A DNA stretch of 46,189 nt from positions 1 to 46,189 of the forward strand of contig DASQRI010000141.1 of the NCBI GenBank assembly GCA_035642975.1, written 5' to 3'. Source of the DNA: Mycobacterium sp. (GTDB taxonomy: Bacteria; Actinomycetota; Actinomycetes; Mycobacteriales; Mycobacteriaceae). This document shows, piece after piece, positions 1 through 9,583 of this stretch. Position 1 is the stretch's first letter, and each line of letters starts with the position of its first letter. Position numbers and translations under genes: made by a program. The notes under the pieces are model-generated. The model did not search any database. It was not told the origin of the DNA and was given only the letters and a program-made list of their open reading frames with translations.

Positions 1-219
1 CGGAATCAATGGCCGGATGTTGCCCAGATCGACGGCATCCATGTTCGACGAGAACAGCTCGGTGTGCTTGAGCGCCATCTCGATGTCGGCCAGCTTGCTC
101 AGCACGACCACTTGCGGTGTCCGGAACACCGGCGTCGAGTCACGCAGCGCCTTGTACATCGGCTGCGGCTCCGCGAGACCCCTCACCGCCTGGTCGACGA
201 ACCCTTCGGCTTCTGTCAT
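1..219 (-). CDS. Cytochrome P450, N-terminal part (runs off the window start)
   Basis: Manual translation from ATG 219: MTEAEGFVDQAVRGLAEPQPMYKALRDSTPVFRT...LKHTELFSSNMDAVDLGNIRPLIP. This matches the actinobacterial P450 N-terminal pattern (PxPxYxxLR...PV...FSS). The heme motif is outside the window. Confidence 0.7.
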   Translation of the reverse strand, partial: MTEAEGFVDQAVRGLAEPQPMYKALRDSTPVFRTPQVVVLSKLADIEMALKHTELFSSNMDAVDLGNIRPLIP

Positions 220-355
220 GCCGGTTAGCCTGGCACCAAACGCCGGCGTTGGGGAACGATCGGCAGTTATTGCCGGGCCAGGTGCCGTATGGACGATCGC
301 GGCTGGGTGAACGCGCGAATCCCACGAACCCCGCGTTCAGGGTTGAGGCCCGACG

Positions 356-535
356 TTCGACGATCACGAAGGACAAATGGACTGCCACTGCAACACCGCT
401 TCTTGCCGACGCGTGATCGAGGGGCACGACTGGCGGCGCCGCGACCTCCAAAACAGGTACCACGGATATTTCTCGTGGTACCTCCAACGCAGAATCACCG
501 AAACCCGCAGCGGCCGCCAACAAATAAGTGGCTGA
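356..535 (+). pseudogene. C-terminal (post-SET) remnant of a bacterial SET-domain gene, or a 52-aa Cys-rich ORF from ATG 377
   Basis: Reads FDDHEGQMDCHCNTASCRRVIEGHDWRRRDLQNRYHGYFSWYLQRRI...SG*. The CxCxxxxCR...GxDW...LQxRYxGYFSxYLQ pattern resembles post-SET tails. An in-frame TGA at 344-346 removes the SET core. Confidence 0.55.
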
Positions 536-653
536 CGGCACGCCAGCTCCGCGGTCGACGGCGTAAACGTTCTTCAGACAATCGCTAACATCTCACCCAA
601 CCCCCTTCAGCCGCGGCCGTGGTGTCGGCAGACGGCCCTGCCAAAAAGTTTGA

Positions 654-689
654 GTCAGTGGAGTGTGCTACTATCGAACATATGTTCGA
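654..689 (+). promoter_or_regulatory. DNA-damage promoter: PafBC/RecA-NDp-type element plus a LexA SOS box overlapping the start codon
   Basis: GTCAGTG(654-660)-N8-TACTAT(669-674). Perfect mycobacterial SOS box TCGAAC-ATAT-GTTCGA at 674-689, covering ATG 682. Confidence 0.85.
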
Positions 690-1956
690 ACAATTGGCTG
701 TGGTCGATCCGGCCGTCGACGAGTCGGCGCTGGTGGAACGGATTGCCGAGCTCGAGCGAGTCAAATCCGCCGCAGCGGCGGGCCAGGCCAGGGCGGCGGC
801 CGCGCTGGATGCGTCGCGGCGGGCCGCCGAAGCTGCAGCGGGCGTGCCGGCCGCGAGCCGGGGGCGCGGGGTAGCCAGCGAGATCGCGCTGGCCCGAAGA
901 GACTCACCCGCCCGTGGGGGCCGGCATCTTGGCTTCGCCAAAGCGCTGGTAAACGAGATGCCGCACACCCTGGCCGCGTTGGAGCGGGGGCTGCTGTCGG
1001 AGTGGCGGGCGACCCTTATCGTGCGGGAAAGCGCCTGTCTGGACATCGACGATCGGCAATTGCTGGACGCCGAGCTGTGCGGCGATCCAGCTGGCCTGGA
1101 CGGGATGGGCGATGCCCGCGTGGCAGCCGCAGCCAAGGCAATCGCGTACCGGCTGGACCCGCACGCGGTCGTCGAGCACGCCGCCAAAGCGGAAACTGAA
1201 CGCACGGTAAGCATCCGGCCCGCCCCCGACACCATGACCTGGGTGACCGCGCTGCTGCCCGTCGCCCAAGGCGTGTCCGTGTATGCAGCACTGCGCCGGG
1301 CGGCGGACACCACCTTTGACGACCGGTCCCGCGGCCAGGTCATGGCCGACACTCTCGTCCACCGCATCACCGGTCGCAGCGCAGCGACGCCGGCACCGAT
1401 CGCAGTCAACTTGGTTCTCTCGGACCACACCCTGCTCAGCGGCGACAACACCCCCGCAGATATCTGTGGGTACGGTCCCATCCCGGCGGCCGTCGCCCGC
1501 GGATTAGTCCGGGGCGCCGTCACCGATGCGCGGTCGCGCGCCACGTTGCGACGGCTCTACACTCATCCCGAATCCGGCGCGCTGGTGGCGATGGAGTCAC
1601 GGGCCCGGCGGTTTCCTCGTGGCTTGGCCACCTTCATCGGGTTGCGCGATCAACGATGTCGCACGCCCTACTGCGATGCGCCAATCCGGCATCGCGACCA
1701 TGCCACACCACATGCCCGCGGCGGGCGAACCGCAGTTGCCAACGGGCTGGGATTATGCGAACGCTGTAACTACGCCAAAGAGGCCGCCGGCTGGCGGGTC
1801 AGCACAAATGTTGACGAAACCGGCAGACACACAGCGGAATTCACTACCCCCACCGGCGGCCACCACCGATCCGCGGCACCGCCGCGTTCCCCTACAGTAA
1901 TGGTCAGCGAACTCGAAGTAAGGGTTGGCATCGCGCTGATGCGTCACGCGGCTTAG
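682..1956 (+). CDS. 13E12-repeat family (DUF222) HNH endonuclease-domain protein, Rv3074-like
   Basis: 424 aa from ATG 682 (leaderless position). C-terminal RDQRCRTPYC...RDH...GG.T...NGLGLCERCN HNH motif. Confidence 0.9.
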   Translation: MFEQLAVVDPAVDESALVERIAELERVKSAAAAGQARAAAALDASRRAAEAAAGVPAASRGRGVASEIALARRDSPARGGRHLGFAKALVNEMPHTLAALERGLLSEWRATLIVRESACLDIDDRQLLDAELCGDPAGLDGMGDARVAAAAKAIAYRLDPHAVVEHAAKAETERTVSIRPAPDTMTWVTALLPVAQGVSVYAALRRAADTTFDDRSRGQVMADTLVHRITGRSAATPAPIAVNLVLSDHTLLSGDNTPADICGYGPIPAAVARGLVRGAVTDARSRATLRRLYTHPESGALVAMESRARRFPRGLATFIGLRDQRCRTPYCDAPIRHRDHATPHARGGRTAVANGLGLCERCNYAKEAAGWRVSTNVDETGRHTAEFTTPTGGHHRSAAPPRSPTVMVSELEVRVGIALMRHAA

Positions 1957-1965
1957 CCAGGGCCA

Positions 1966-3138
1966 TCACCCAAGCAGCGTGCGGACGACGCCGTCGGCCA
2001 GTAGCCGGCCCCGGTCGGTCAGCACCAGGCGCTCGCCGTCGCGCGTCAGCAAGCCGTCCTCGACGGCGACGGCAGCCCGCTCGCGCTCGGCGTCATCCAG
2101 CAGTTCCAGCGCTAGACCTTGGCGCAGGCGGATCCCCAACAGCACGTCCTCGGTGTGGCGGTTCTCGGCATCCAGTTGTTCGAAACCGGCAACGGGCAAG
2201 TTCGCGCCGTCAAGGATCTGTGCATAAGCGTTGGGGTGCTTGACATTCCACCAACGTGTCGTTCCGACGTAGCTATGCGCCCCGGGTCCGGCGCCCCACC
2301 ATTGGCCGCCGTCCCAGTAGCCGAGGTTGTGTCTGCACTGCCCGCCCGGGTGGCTCCAGTTAGACACCTCGTACCAGTCGAAGCCGGCGGCTGACAGCCG
2401 CTCGTCCACCAGCTCGTAACGATGCGCCAACACATCATCGTCGGGCGCGGCGATCTCGCCGCTGCGAACCCGCCGCGCCAACGCGGTGCCCTCCTCGACG
2501 ACCAAGGCATAGGCGGAGACGTGATCGACACCGGTCTCGATCGCCGTGTCGACCGAATCGAGCAGTTCGTCGTCGGACTCCCCCGGCGTGCCGTAGATGA
2601 GGTCGAGGCTGACGTGTTCGAATCCTTCGGCAAGCGCCTCGCGGGCCGCCGCCGCCGATCGGTTCGGCGTGTGGATCCGATCGAGAACGCCCAGCACCCA
2701 CGGTGACACCGACTGCATGCCCAGCGACACCCGGGTGAACCCGGCCGTGCGGGCGGCCCCGAAAAAGTCCGGCCACGCCGACTCCGGGTTGGCCTCGGTG
2801 GTGACCTCGGCGTCGGACGCCAACTCGAAGTTGTCGCGCACCGCATCCAGCACCGACGCCAGGCGCGCACCGCCCAGCAACGACGGGGTTCCGCCCCCAA
2901 CGAACACCGTCTGCGCCGTCGGTGCGCCCAGCCGCGCGGCCGCCAACTCAAGCTCCGACCGTAAAACCTCCAGCCAGGCGTCCGGGTTGACGCCGCCCAA
3001 CTCGGCCGGGGTGTAGGTGTTGAAGTCGCAGTAGCCGCAGCGAGTGATGCAGAACGGCACGTGCACGTAGATGCCGAACGGTCCGCCCGGGCTCAACTGC
3101 ACACCAGGCAGGCCGACCGGGGCGGAAGATACCGTCAC
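1966..3138 (-). CDS. hemN: Radical SAM heme chaperone HemW / HemN family
   Basis: YVHVPFCITRCGYCDF CxxxCxxC motif, GGGTPS, YEVSNW. Confidence 0.93.
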   Translation of the reverse strand: MTVSSAPVGLPGVQLSPGGPFGIYVHVPFCITRCGYCDFNTYTPAELGGVNPDAWLEVLRSELELAAARLGAPTAQTVFVGGGTPSLLGGARLASVLDAVRDNFELASDAEVTTEANPESAWPDFFGAARTAGFTRVSLGMQSVSPWVLGVLDRIHTPNRSAAAAREALAEGFEHVSLDLIYGTPGESDDELLDSVDTAIETGVDHVSAYALVVEEGTALARRVRSGEIAAPDDDVLAHRYELVDERLSAAGFDWYEVSNWSHPGGQCRHNLGYWDGGQWWGAGPGAHSYVGTTRWWNVKHPNAYAQILDGANLPVAGFEQLDAENRHTEDVLLGIRLRQGLALELLDDAERERAAVAVEDGLLTRDGERLVLTDRGRLLADGVVRTLLG

Positions 3139-3329
3139 GCCAACCCAATATTCCCGACTACCGGCTCAACCTCCACCGCTGGCCATCACAAATATCGGCC
3201 CGGGATGTTCGCAGCGGAATCCCGGTAACCGTTGCGCCCGGTCTCAGGGTTCGCGGGTAGTTTCGCTCACTGTGAGGAAAAATACCCCCTGCTAGTCAAG
3301 GCTCGCGACATCCGTGGCACAATGGCCGA

Positions 3330-3425
3330 GTGACCGTCTCCCACCGCAGCCTGTTCCGCATCGCGTTGGTGGCGCGTCGGCATGTCGATTTCAAGCGTGT
3401 CTGCAGCTGTCGCTGTCTGCCTTGA
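3330..3425 (+). CDS. Leaderless Cys-rich leader peptide (attenuator) of the sirA-cysH-che1 operon, Ms4527A-like
   Basis: GTG 3330 gives MTVSHRSLFRIALVARRHVDFKRVCSCRCLP*. A -10-like CACAAT at 3318-3323 lies 6 nt before the start. Three Cys codons cluster at the 3' end. Confidence 0.85.
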   Translation: MTVSHRSLFRIALVARRHVDFKRVCSCRCLP

Positions 3426-3538
3426 TGTCGTAGACCCGTCCACCTGCACTTTCAGCTGGCCCCGGATCTGCGCCGCCGGCACAGCCAACCGGTGGTCCGC
3501 GCGGTCCAAGCCGGCTACTCCACAAAGGAGAATGCCGA

Positions 3539-5206
3539 ATGACCTCCCCCCGCCCAGCCAAAGGCCGAAGCGAAGGCCAGTGGGCGCTCGGCTACCGCGA
3601 GCCGCTCAATCCCAACGAGCAGTTCAAGAAGGACGACGACGCACTTAACGTGCGCGACCGCATCCTCAACCATTACGCCAAAGCCGGCTTCGACAGCATC
3701 GACAAGAACGATCTGCGTGGCCGCATGCGCTGGATGGGGCTCTACACCCAACGTGAGCAGGGTTACGACGGCAGTTTCACCGGCGACGAGAACCTGGATC
3801 TGCTCGAGGCCAAGTACTTCATGATGCGGGTGCGTTGCGACGGCGGGGCACTGTCCTCCGGGGCGTTGCGCACGCTCGGCGAGATTTCCACCGAGTTCGC
3901 CCGGGACACCGCCGACATCTCCGACCGGGAAAACGTGCAGTACCACTGGATCCAGATCGAGGAGGTGCCCGCGATCTGGGAGCGGCTGGCCGCAGTCGGG
4001 CTGCAGACCACCGAGGCCTGCGGCGACTGCCCCCGGGTGGTACTGGGCTCGCCGCTGGCCGGTGAATCCGTCGACGAGGTTCTCGACCCGACCTCGGCTA
4101 TCGACGAGATCGTTCGCCGTTACATCGGCAATCCGGAGTTCTCCAACCTGCCGCGGAAGTACAAGACCGCGATCTCGGGTCTGCAGGACATCGCCCATGA
4201 GATCAACGACATCGCGTTCATCGGCGTCAACCACCCCGAACACGGTCCCGGACTGGATTTGTGGGTCGGCGGCGGCCTGTCCACCAACCCGATGCTGGCT
4301 CAACGAGTCGGTGCCTGGGTGCCGCTGGCGGAGGTACCCGACGTCTGGGAGGCTGTCACATCGCTGTTCCGTGACTACGGTTACCGGCGGCTCCGCGCGA
4401 AAGCCCGGCTGAAGTTTCTGATCAAGGACTGGGGCATCGAGAAGTTCCGCGAGGTGCTCGAAACCGAATACCTCAAGCGCAAACTCATCGACGGTCCGGC
4501 CCCCGAACCGGTCAAGCATCCGATCGACCACGTCGGTGTGCAGCGCCTGAGGAACGGGCTCAACGCCGTCGGGGTCGCACCGATCGCCGGGCGGGTGTCG
4601 GGCACCATCTTGACCGCGGTGGCGGACCTGGCCGACCAGGCCGGGTCAGACCGAATCCGGTTCACGCCCTATCAGAAGCTGGTCATCCTCGACGTCGCCG
4701 ATGACAAGCTGGACGGGCTGATCGCGGGTCTGGACGCGCTGGGGCTGCAGTCACGACCGTCGCACTGGCGCCGAAATCTGATGGCCTGCACGGGTATTGA
4801 ATTCTGCAAGCTGTCCTTCGCCGAAACTCGGGTACGTTCCCAGTCGCTGGTTCCCGAGCTGGAGCGCCGCCTCGACGACATCAACAGCCAACTGGACGTG
4901 CCGGTCACGGTCAACATCAACGGCTGCCCCAACTCGTGTGCCCGAATTCAGATCGCCGACATCGGCTTCAAGGGACAGATGGTCGACGACGGCCACGGCG
5001 GCTCGGTCGAGGGATTCCAGGTGCACCTGGGCGGCAGCCTGGGCCTCGACAGCGGTTTCGGACGAAAACTGCGCCAGCACAAGGTCACCAGCGACGAGCT
5101 CGGCGATTACATCGATCGGGTAGTGCGCAACTTCATCAAGCAGCGCGACACGGGCGAACGTTTCGCGAAGTGGGCGCTGCGCGCCGAGGAGGCGGATCTG
5201 CGATGA
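3539..5206 (+). CDS. sirA: Ferredoxin-dependent sulfite reductase
   Basis: 555 aa; ACTGIEFC and INGCPNSC siroheme/4Fe-4S motifs; SD AAGGAG upstream. Confidence 0.95.
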   Translation: MTSPRPAKGRSEGQWALGYREPLNPNEQFKKDDDALNVRDRILNHYAKAGFDSIDKNDLRGRMRWMGLYTQREQGYDGSFTGDENLDLLEAKYFMMRVRCDGGALSSGALRTLGEISTEFARDTADISDRENVQYHWIQIEEVPAIWERLAAVGLQTTEACGDCPRVVLGSPLAGESVDEVLDPTSAIDEIVRRYIGNPEFSNLPRKYKTAISGLQDIAHEINDIAFIGVNHPEHGPGLDLWVGGGLSTNPMLAQRVGAWVPLAEVPDVWEAVTSLFRDYGYRRLRAKARLKFLIKDWGIEKFREVLETEYLKRKLIDGPAPEPVKHPIDHVGVQRLRNGLNAVGVAPIAGRVSGTILTAVADLADQAGSDRIRFTPYQKLVILDVADDKLDGLIAGLDALGLQSRPSHWRRNLMACTGIEFCKLSFAETRVRSQSLVPELERRLDDINSQLDVPVTVNINGCPNSCARIQIADIGFKGQMVDDGHGGSVEGFQVHLGGSLGLDSGFGRKLRQHKVTSDELGDYIDRVVRNFIKQRDTGERFAKWALRAEEADLR

Positions 5207-5292
5207 GCCGCGCCGGCGAGGATGCAGTGGGGGCACCCCCAGCCGCGCAGCGGCGAGGGGGACGAAGCGATGAGGAGGAGCGGCGCCAATGA
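5203..5292 (+). repeat. MIRU-type intercistronic repeat encoding a 29-aa coupling mini-ORF
   Basis: ATGAGCCGCGCCGGCGAGGATGCA...GAAGCGATGAGGAGGAGCGGCGCCAATGA. ATGA overlaps the sirA stop and the cysH start. Peptide MSRAGEDAVGAPPAAQRRGGRSDEEERRQ. Confidence 0.85.
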
Positions 5293-6032
5293 GTAAGCAG
5301 GCGATCGGCTTGACCGAAGCCGAACTACGCGAACTGGCCGAACGGGGCGCGGCAGAGTTAGAGGGCGCCAGCGCCACCGACCTGTTGCGCTGGACCGACG
5401 AGAACTTCGGCGGCGTCGGAGGACCCCGGTCCACCGCGACCTGCAACTACGTGGTGGCCTCGAACATGCAGGACGCGGTGCTCGTCGACATGGCGGCCAA
5501 GGTCCGTCCCGGCGTGCCAGTGTTGTTCTTGGACACCGGATATCACTTCGTGGAGACAATCGGCACCCGCGACGCGGTCGAGGCCATTTACGACATACGA
5601 GTGCTTAACGTCACGCCCGAGCACACCGTCGCAGAGCAGGACGAGTTGCTGGGCAAAGACCTGTTTGCCCGCCGACCCAACGAATGCTGCCGGCTACGCA
5701 AGGTCGCCCCGTTGTCCAAAGCGCTGCGCGGCTACTCCGCGTGGGTGACCGGCCTGCGCCGCGTCGAGGCGCCGACGCGCGCCAACGCCCCGGTGATCAG
5801 TTTCGACGAGGCGTTCCACCTGGTGAAAATCAACCCGCTGGCCACGTGGACCGATGACGAGATGCAGGACTACATCGACGAACACGATGTGCTGGTCAAT
5901 CCGCTTGTCTACGAGGGCTATCCGTCGATCGGCTGCGCACCGTGCACGGCGAAGGTGGTTGACGGCGCCGATCCGCGCAGCGGGCGCTGGCAGGGCCAGT
6001 CCAAGACTGAATGCGGGTTGCACGCATCGTGA
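5289..6032 (+). CDS. cysH: APS/PAPS reductase
   Basis: LDTGYHF, CCRLRK, SIGCAPCT and terminal ECGLH motifs. Confidence 0.95.
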   Translation: MSKQAIGLTEAELRELAERGAAELEGASATDLLRWTDENFGGVGGPRSTATCNYVVASNMQDAVLVDMAAKVRPGVPVLFLDTGYHFVETIGTRDAVEAIYDIRVLNVTPEHTVAEQDELLGKDLFARRPNECCRLRKVAPLSKALRGYSAWVTGLRRVEAPTRANAPVISFDEAFHLVKINPLATWTDDEMQDYIDEHDVLVNPLVYEGYPSIGCAPCTAKVVDGADPRSGRWQGQSKTECGLHAS

Positions 6033-6727
6033 CGTCCCTGGTTTTGGCCGCGCACGGCAGCGCGGATCCACGGTCGGCGGCCAATGCGCAGGCCGTCGCG
6101 GGTCGGCTTCGCCGCATGCGACCCGGCCTCGACGTGCGGGTCGCGTTCTGCGAGCTGAATACCCCACGCCTGGATGAGGTGCTCACGCCGGAGTCGGTGG
6201 TCACTCCGTTCCTGCTGGCCGACGCCTACCACGCCCGCATCGACATCCCCCGACAGATCGCCGGCTGCGGCGTCGCGGTGCGACAGGCCGACGTGCTCGG
6301 CGAGGATGACCGCCTGGTCTGTGTGCTGCATGAGCGACTGACCGAGCTGGAGGTCAGCACGCTCGACCCGCAGCTGGGCGTGCTGGTGGTGGCCATCGGC
6401 TCGACGCATGCCGCGGCGAACGCGCGCACCGCTGAGGTGGCGCGCAAACTGATGGCAGGCACCCGATGGGCTGCTGCCACAACGGCATTCGCTACCGGGT
6501 CGGGGCCGTCGCCGGCCGAGGCCGCCAACCGGTTACGCCGCCGTGGCGCCCGCAGCCTGGTGATCGCGCCGTGGTTCCTGGCGTCCGGCCGCCTGACTGA
6601 CCGGGTAGCGAAATATGCCGTAGCGGAGGGGATTCCGATGGCGGCTCCGCTGGGCGCGCACCGACTGGTGGCCGAGACGGTGCTGGACCGCTTCGATGCC
6701 GCGGTGGCCGAGCGCGTCGCCGCCTAG
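6029..6727 (+). CDS. che1: Sirohydrochlorin ferrochelatase (CbiX family)
   Basis: AHGS.DP and PFLLADAYH motifs; GTGA overlap with the cysH stop. Confidence 0.88.
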   Translation: MTSLVLAAHGSADPRSAANAQAVAGRLRRMRPGLDVRVAFCELNTPRLDEVLTPESVVTPFLLADAYHARIDIPRQIAGCGVAVRQADVLGEDDRLVCVLHERLTELEVSTLDPQLGVLVVAIGSTHAAANARTAEVARKLMAGTRWAAATTAFATGSGPSPAEAANRLRRRGARSLVIAPWFLASGRLTDRVAKYAVAEGIPMAAPLGAHRLVAETVLDRFDAAVAERVAA

Positions 6728-7770
6728 ACGGTCACGCCGGGCGATCCAACGTCGTCACGCGCCTGCGCTTCGTCGGGCATCGGGGGCACCCGGGTGGCTC
6801 GCACGTACACGGTGTCGCCCTCCTTCAGGCCCAGCGCTTCGGCATCACCCCGGGTGATCTGAGCGATGAACGGTCCACCGGTGGCGGCGTTGGTCAACTC
6901 CACGCGCACCTCAAAACCGAGCATCACCACGCGGTCGATGGTGGCTCTGACCACGCCAGGGGATTCGGCGGTGCCGTCGTCGGCGGCGAACTTCATGTCG
7001 GGATTGCGGCCGACCCGGATGTCGTGCGGGCGAACCAGGCTGCCGTTCAATGAGGAGACGGCACCGAGGAACGACATCACAAACGCGTTGGCCGGTGTGT
7101 CGTAGACCGCGCCCGGAGATCCCACTTGCTCGATGCGTCCATCTTTGAGCACGGCAATGCGGTCGGCCACGTCCAGCGCTTCAGCCTGGTCGTGGGTGAC
7201 CAGCACTGTGGTGACGTGCACTTCGTCGTGTAACCGGCGCAGCCATGCCCGCAGATCCTCGCGGACCTTGGCGTCCAGCGCACCGAACGGTTCGTCGAGC
7301 AGCAGCACCTCGGGGTCGACGGCGAGGGCGCGTGCGAGCGCCATGCGCTGACGCTGGCCGCCGGAGAGCTGGCTGGGATAGCGGTGCTGAAAACCGCTGA
7401 GCCCCACCACCTCCAGTAAGTTGTCGACCTTGGCGGCGATCTCGGCCTTGGGTCGTCGGCGGATCTTCAGCCCGAAGGCCACGTTGTCGCGAACGGTCAA
7501 GTGCTTGAAAGCCGCGTAGTGCTGGAACACAAAGCCGATACCGCGCCGCTGCGGTGGGACCCGGGTGACGTCGCGGTCGTTGATCGTGATGGTTCCGGTG
7601 TCCGGCTGATCGAGTCCGGCGATGGCGCGCAACAGGGTCGACTTGCCCGAGCCGCTGGGGCCCAGCAGTGCCGTCAGTGAGCCTGCGGGCACGTCGAAGT
7701 CGACATTGTCCAATGCGACGAAGTCGCCGTAGCGTTTGTTGGCGCCTCGCACGACGATCGCGTTAGTCAT
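6724..7770 (-). CDS. cysA: Sulfate ABC transporter ATP-binding subunit
   Basis: [26 protein letters not shown]; C-terminal TOBE-like region. Confidence 0.95.
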   Translation of the reverse strand: MTNAIVVRGANKRYGDFVALDNVDFDVPAGSLTALLGPSGSGKSTLLRAIAGLDQPDTGTITINDRDVTRVPPQRRGIGFVFQHYAAFKHLTVRDNVAFGLKIRRRPKAEIAAKVDNLLEVVGLSGFQHRYPSQLSGGQRQRMALARALAVDPEVLLLDEPFGALDAKVREDLRAWLRRLHDEVHVTTVLVTHDQAEALDVADRIAVLKDGRIEQVGSPGAVYDTPANAFVMSFLGAVSSLNGSLVRPHDIRVGRNPDMKFAADDGTAESPGVVRATIDRVVMLGFEVRVELTNAATGGPFIAQITRGDAEALGLKEGDTVYVRATRVPPMPDEAQARDDVGSPGVTV

Positions 7771-7788
7771 TAGCGCGACTCCTTCCTG

Positions 7789-8607
7789 TCAGGCCTGCTT
7801 GGCAGCTCGTTTACGGCGAGCATCGAGAATCACCTGGACGATCAGGACCACCACTGAAACCGTCATCAGCAGCGTCGAAAGGGCGTAGGCGCCATACTCG
7901 GCGCCACGGTTGTAGCGGTCGGATACCAGTAACGTCAAGGTCTGGGATTGGCCCGGCAGGTTCGACGACACGATGAGAACGGCACCGTATTCGCCGAGCG
8001 TACGGGCGATCGTCAGCACGATCCCATAAGTGAGGCCCCACCGGATCGACGGCAGGGTGACCCGCCAAAACGTCTGCCACCAACCGGAACCCAGCGTTGC
8101 CGCCGCCTGCTCCTGGTCGGTGCCAACCTCGTGCAGCACGGGTTCGACCTCGCGCACCACGAACGGCAGCGTGGCGAACACGCTGGCGAGCACGATGCCG
8201 GGCAAGCCGAAGATGATCTTGAACCCGAAATCCTTTTCGACGAAGCCCAGCAACCCCGCCGATCCCCACAACACGATCAGCGCGACGCCGACGACGACCG
8301 GTGAGACCGCGAACGGCAGATCGATGATCGCCTGCAGCACACCTTTGCCGCGGAACCGGTTGCGCGCCAGCATTAGTGCCGTCGGGATACCGAAGACGAC
8401 GTTGAGCGGCACCACGATCGCCACCACCAGCAGCGACAAGTTCAGCGCCGAGATCGCCGCCGGGGTAGTGATCCAGGCGTAGAACTGGCCGAAACCCGGT
8501 GCGAAAGTGCGCCACAAAATCAGCCCCACCGGAATGACGAGCAAGACAAAGACGTACCCAAGAGCAAGGAACCGAAGCAGGTAGCGGACCTGCGGCGACG
8601 GCGTCAT
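7789..8607 (-). CDS. cysW: Sulfate ABC transporter permease
   Basis: Start moved to ATG 8607 (MTPSPQVRYLL, 272 aa). IDLPFAVSP and EQAAATLG motifs. Confidence 0.93.
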   Translation of the reverse strand: MTPSPQVRYLLRFLALGYVFVLLVIPVGLILWRTFAPGFGQFYAWITTPAAISALNLSLLVVAIVVPLNVVFGIPTALMLARNRFRGKGVLQAIIDLPFAVSPVVVGVALIVLWGSAGLLGFVEKDFGFKIIFGLPGIVLASVFATLPFVVREVEPVLHEVGTDQEQAAATLGSGWWQTFWRVTLPSIRWGLTYGIVLTIARTLGEYGAVLIVSSNLPGQSQTLTLLVSDRYNRGAEYGAYALSTLLMTVSVVVLIVQVILDARRKRAAKQA

Positions 8608-8717
8608 GCGCCGCTCGCCCCCGCAAGCGGGTGGGGGTACCACCAGCCGCGCAGCGGCGAGGGGGCGTGCCCCCACCTCATCGCTACCCGATAGATCGTT
8701 GCCGGCGCGGGCGTCAT
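8604..8717 (-). repeat. MIRU-type intercistronic repeat (114 bp) encoding a 37-aa coupling mini-ORF
   Basis: ATGACGCCCGCGCCGGCAACGAT...GCGATGAGGTGGGGGCAC...CCGCTTGCGGGGGCGAGCGGCGCATGA. ATGA overlaps the cysT stop and the cysW start; the frame is open. Confidence 0.82.
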
Positions 8718-9583
8718 GCCGACAACTCCTCGCGTTTAGCCGCGCGCGACCCGAAGGAACGCAGAATGACCAGCACGACGAACGAGATAAGGAGCAGCAC
8801 AATCGATATCGCGGCGGCCCCGGTGCGGTCGTCGTTTTCGATCAGGGTACGTATCCACTGTGAGGACACCTCGGTCTTGCCGGGTACCGCCCCACCGATC
8901 AACACGACCGAGCCGAATTCGCCGATTGCGCGTGAGAAAGTCAACCCGGCGCCCGTCAGCAAGACCGGCGTCAGAGACGGCAGCACGACCGTCGTGAAAA
9001 TCGTCGCGTTGTTGGCGCCCAGCGACGCGGCCGCTTCCTCGGTCTCGCGGTCGATTTCGAGCAGGACCGGCTGGACGGCCCGCACCACGAATGGCAGCGT
9101 GACGAACGCGAGCGCCACGCCCACACCCCATCCGGTGTGCTGCAAATGCAGGCCGACCGGGCTGTGATTGCCGTACAGGGCCAGCAAGACCAGGCTTGCC
9201 ACGATCGTGGGCAACGCGAACGGCAGATCGATGATGGCGTCAACGAGCGGCTTTCCCGGGAACTCGTCGCGTACCAGCACCCATGCGATCAGCAGGCCGG
9301 AAAGCATGTTGAGCACGGTGATGCCGGCAGAGATGGTCAGCGTCACCCGGAACGACTCGAGCGCAGCATTCGAGGTGACCGCGAGCCAGAACGCTCGCCA
9401 GCCACCGCCGACGGACTGCCAGCCGATCGCGGCCAACGGCAGCAGCACGATCACCGAAAGCCACACCATCGAAACGCCGACGCGTAGAGACGTGCCGCCA
9501 CCGCGTAAACCGCTGCGGCGCAGCCCCCTACCGCCAGGGGTGGGGCCGGTCGCCACTGGCTGAGGTGTTGTTGCCGTCGTCAT
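8714..9583 (-). CDS. cysT: Sulfate ABC transporter permease
   Basis: DLPFALPT, EEAAASLGA, RAIGEFGSV motifs. Confidence 0.94.
   Translation of the reverse strand: MTTATTPQPVATGPTPGGRGLRRSGLRGGGTSLRVGVSMVWLSVIVLLPLAAIGWQSVGGGWRAFWLAVTSNAALESFRVTLTISAGITVLNMLSGLLIAWVLVRDEFPGKPLVDAIIDLPFALPTIVASLVLLALYGNHSPVGLHLQHTGWGVGVALAFVTLPFVVRAVQPVLLEIDRETEEAAASLGANNATIFTTVVLPSLTPVLLTGAGLTFSRAIGEFGSVVLIGGAVPGKTEVSSQWIRTLIENDDRTGAAAISIVLLLISFVVLVILRSFGSRAAKREELSA

Noticed and set aside
3258-3295. TAGTTT followed by GTG micro-ORF MRKNTPC*
   Set aside because: Seven codons with suboptimal spacing; not distinguishable from chance.
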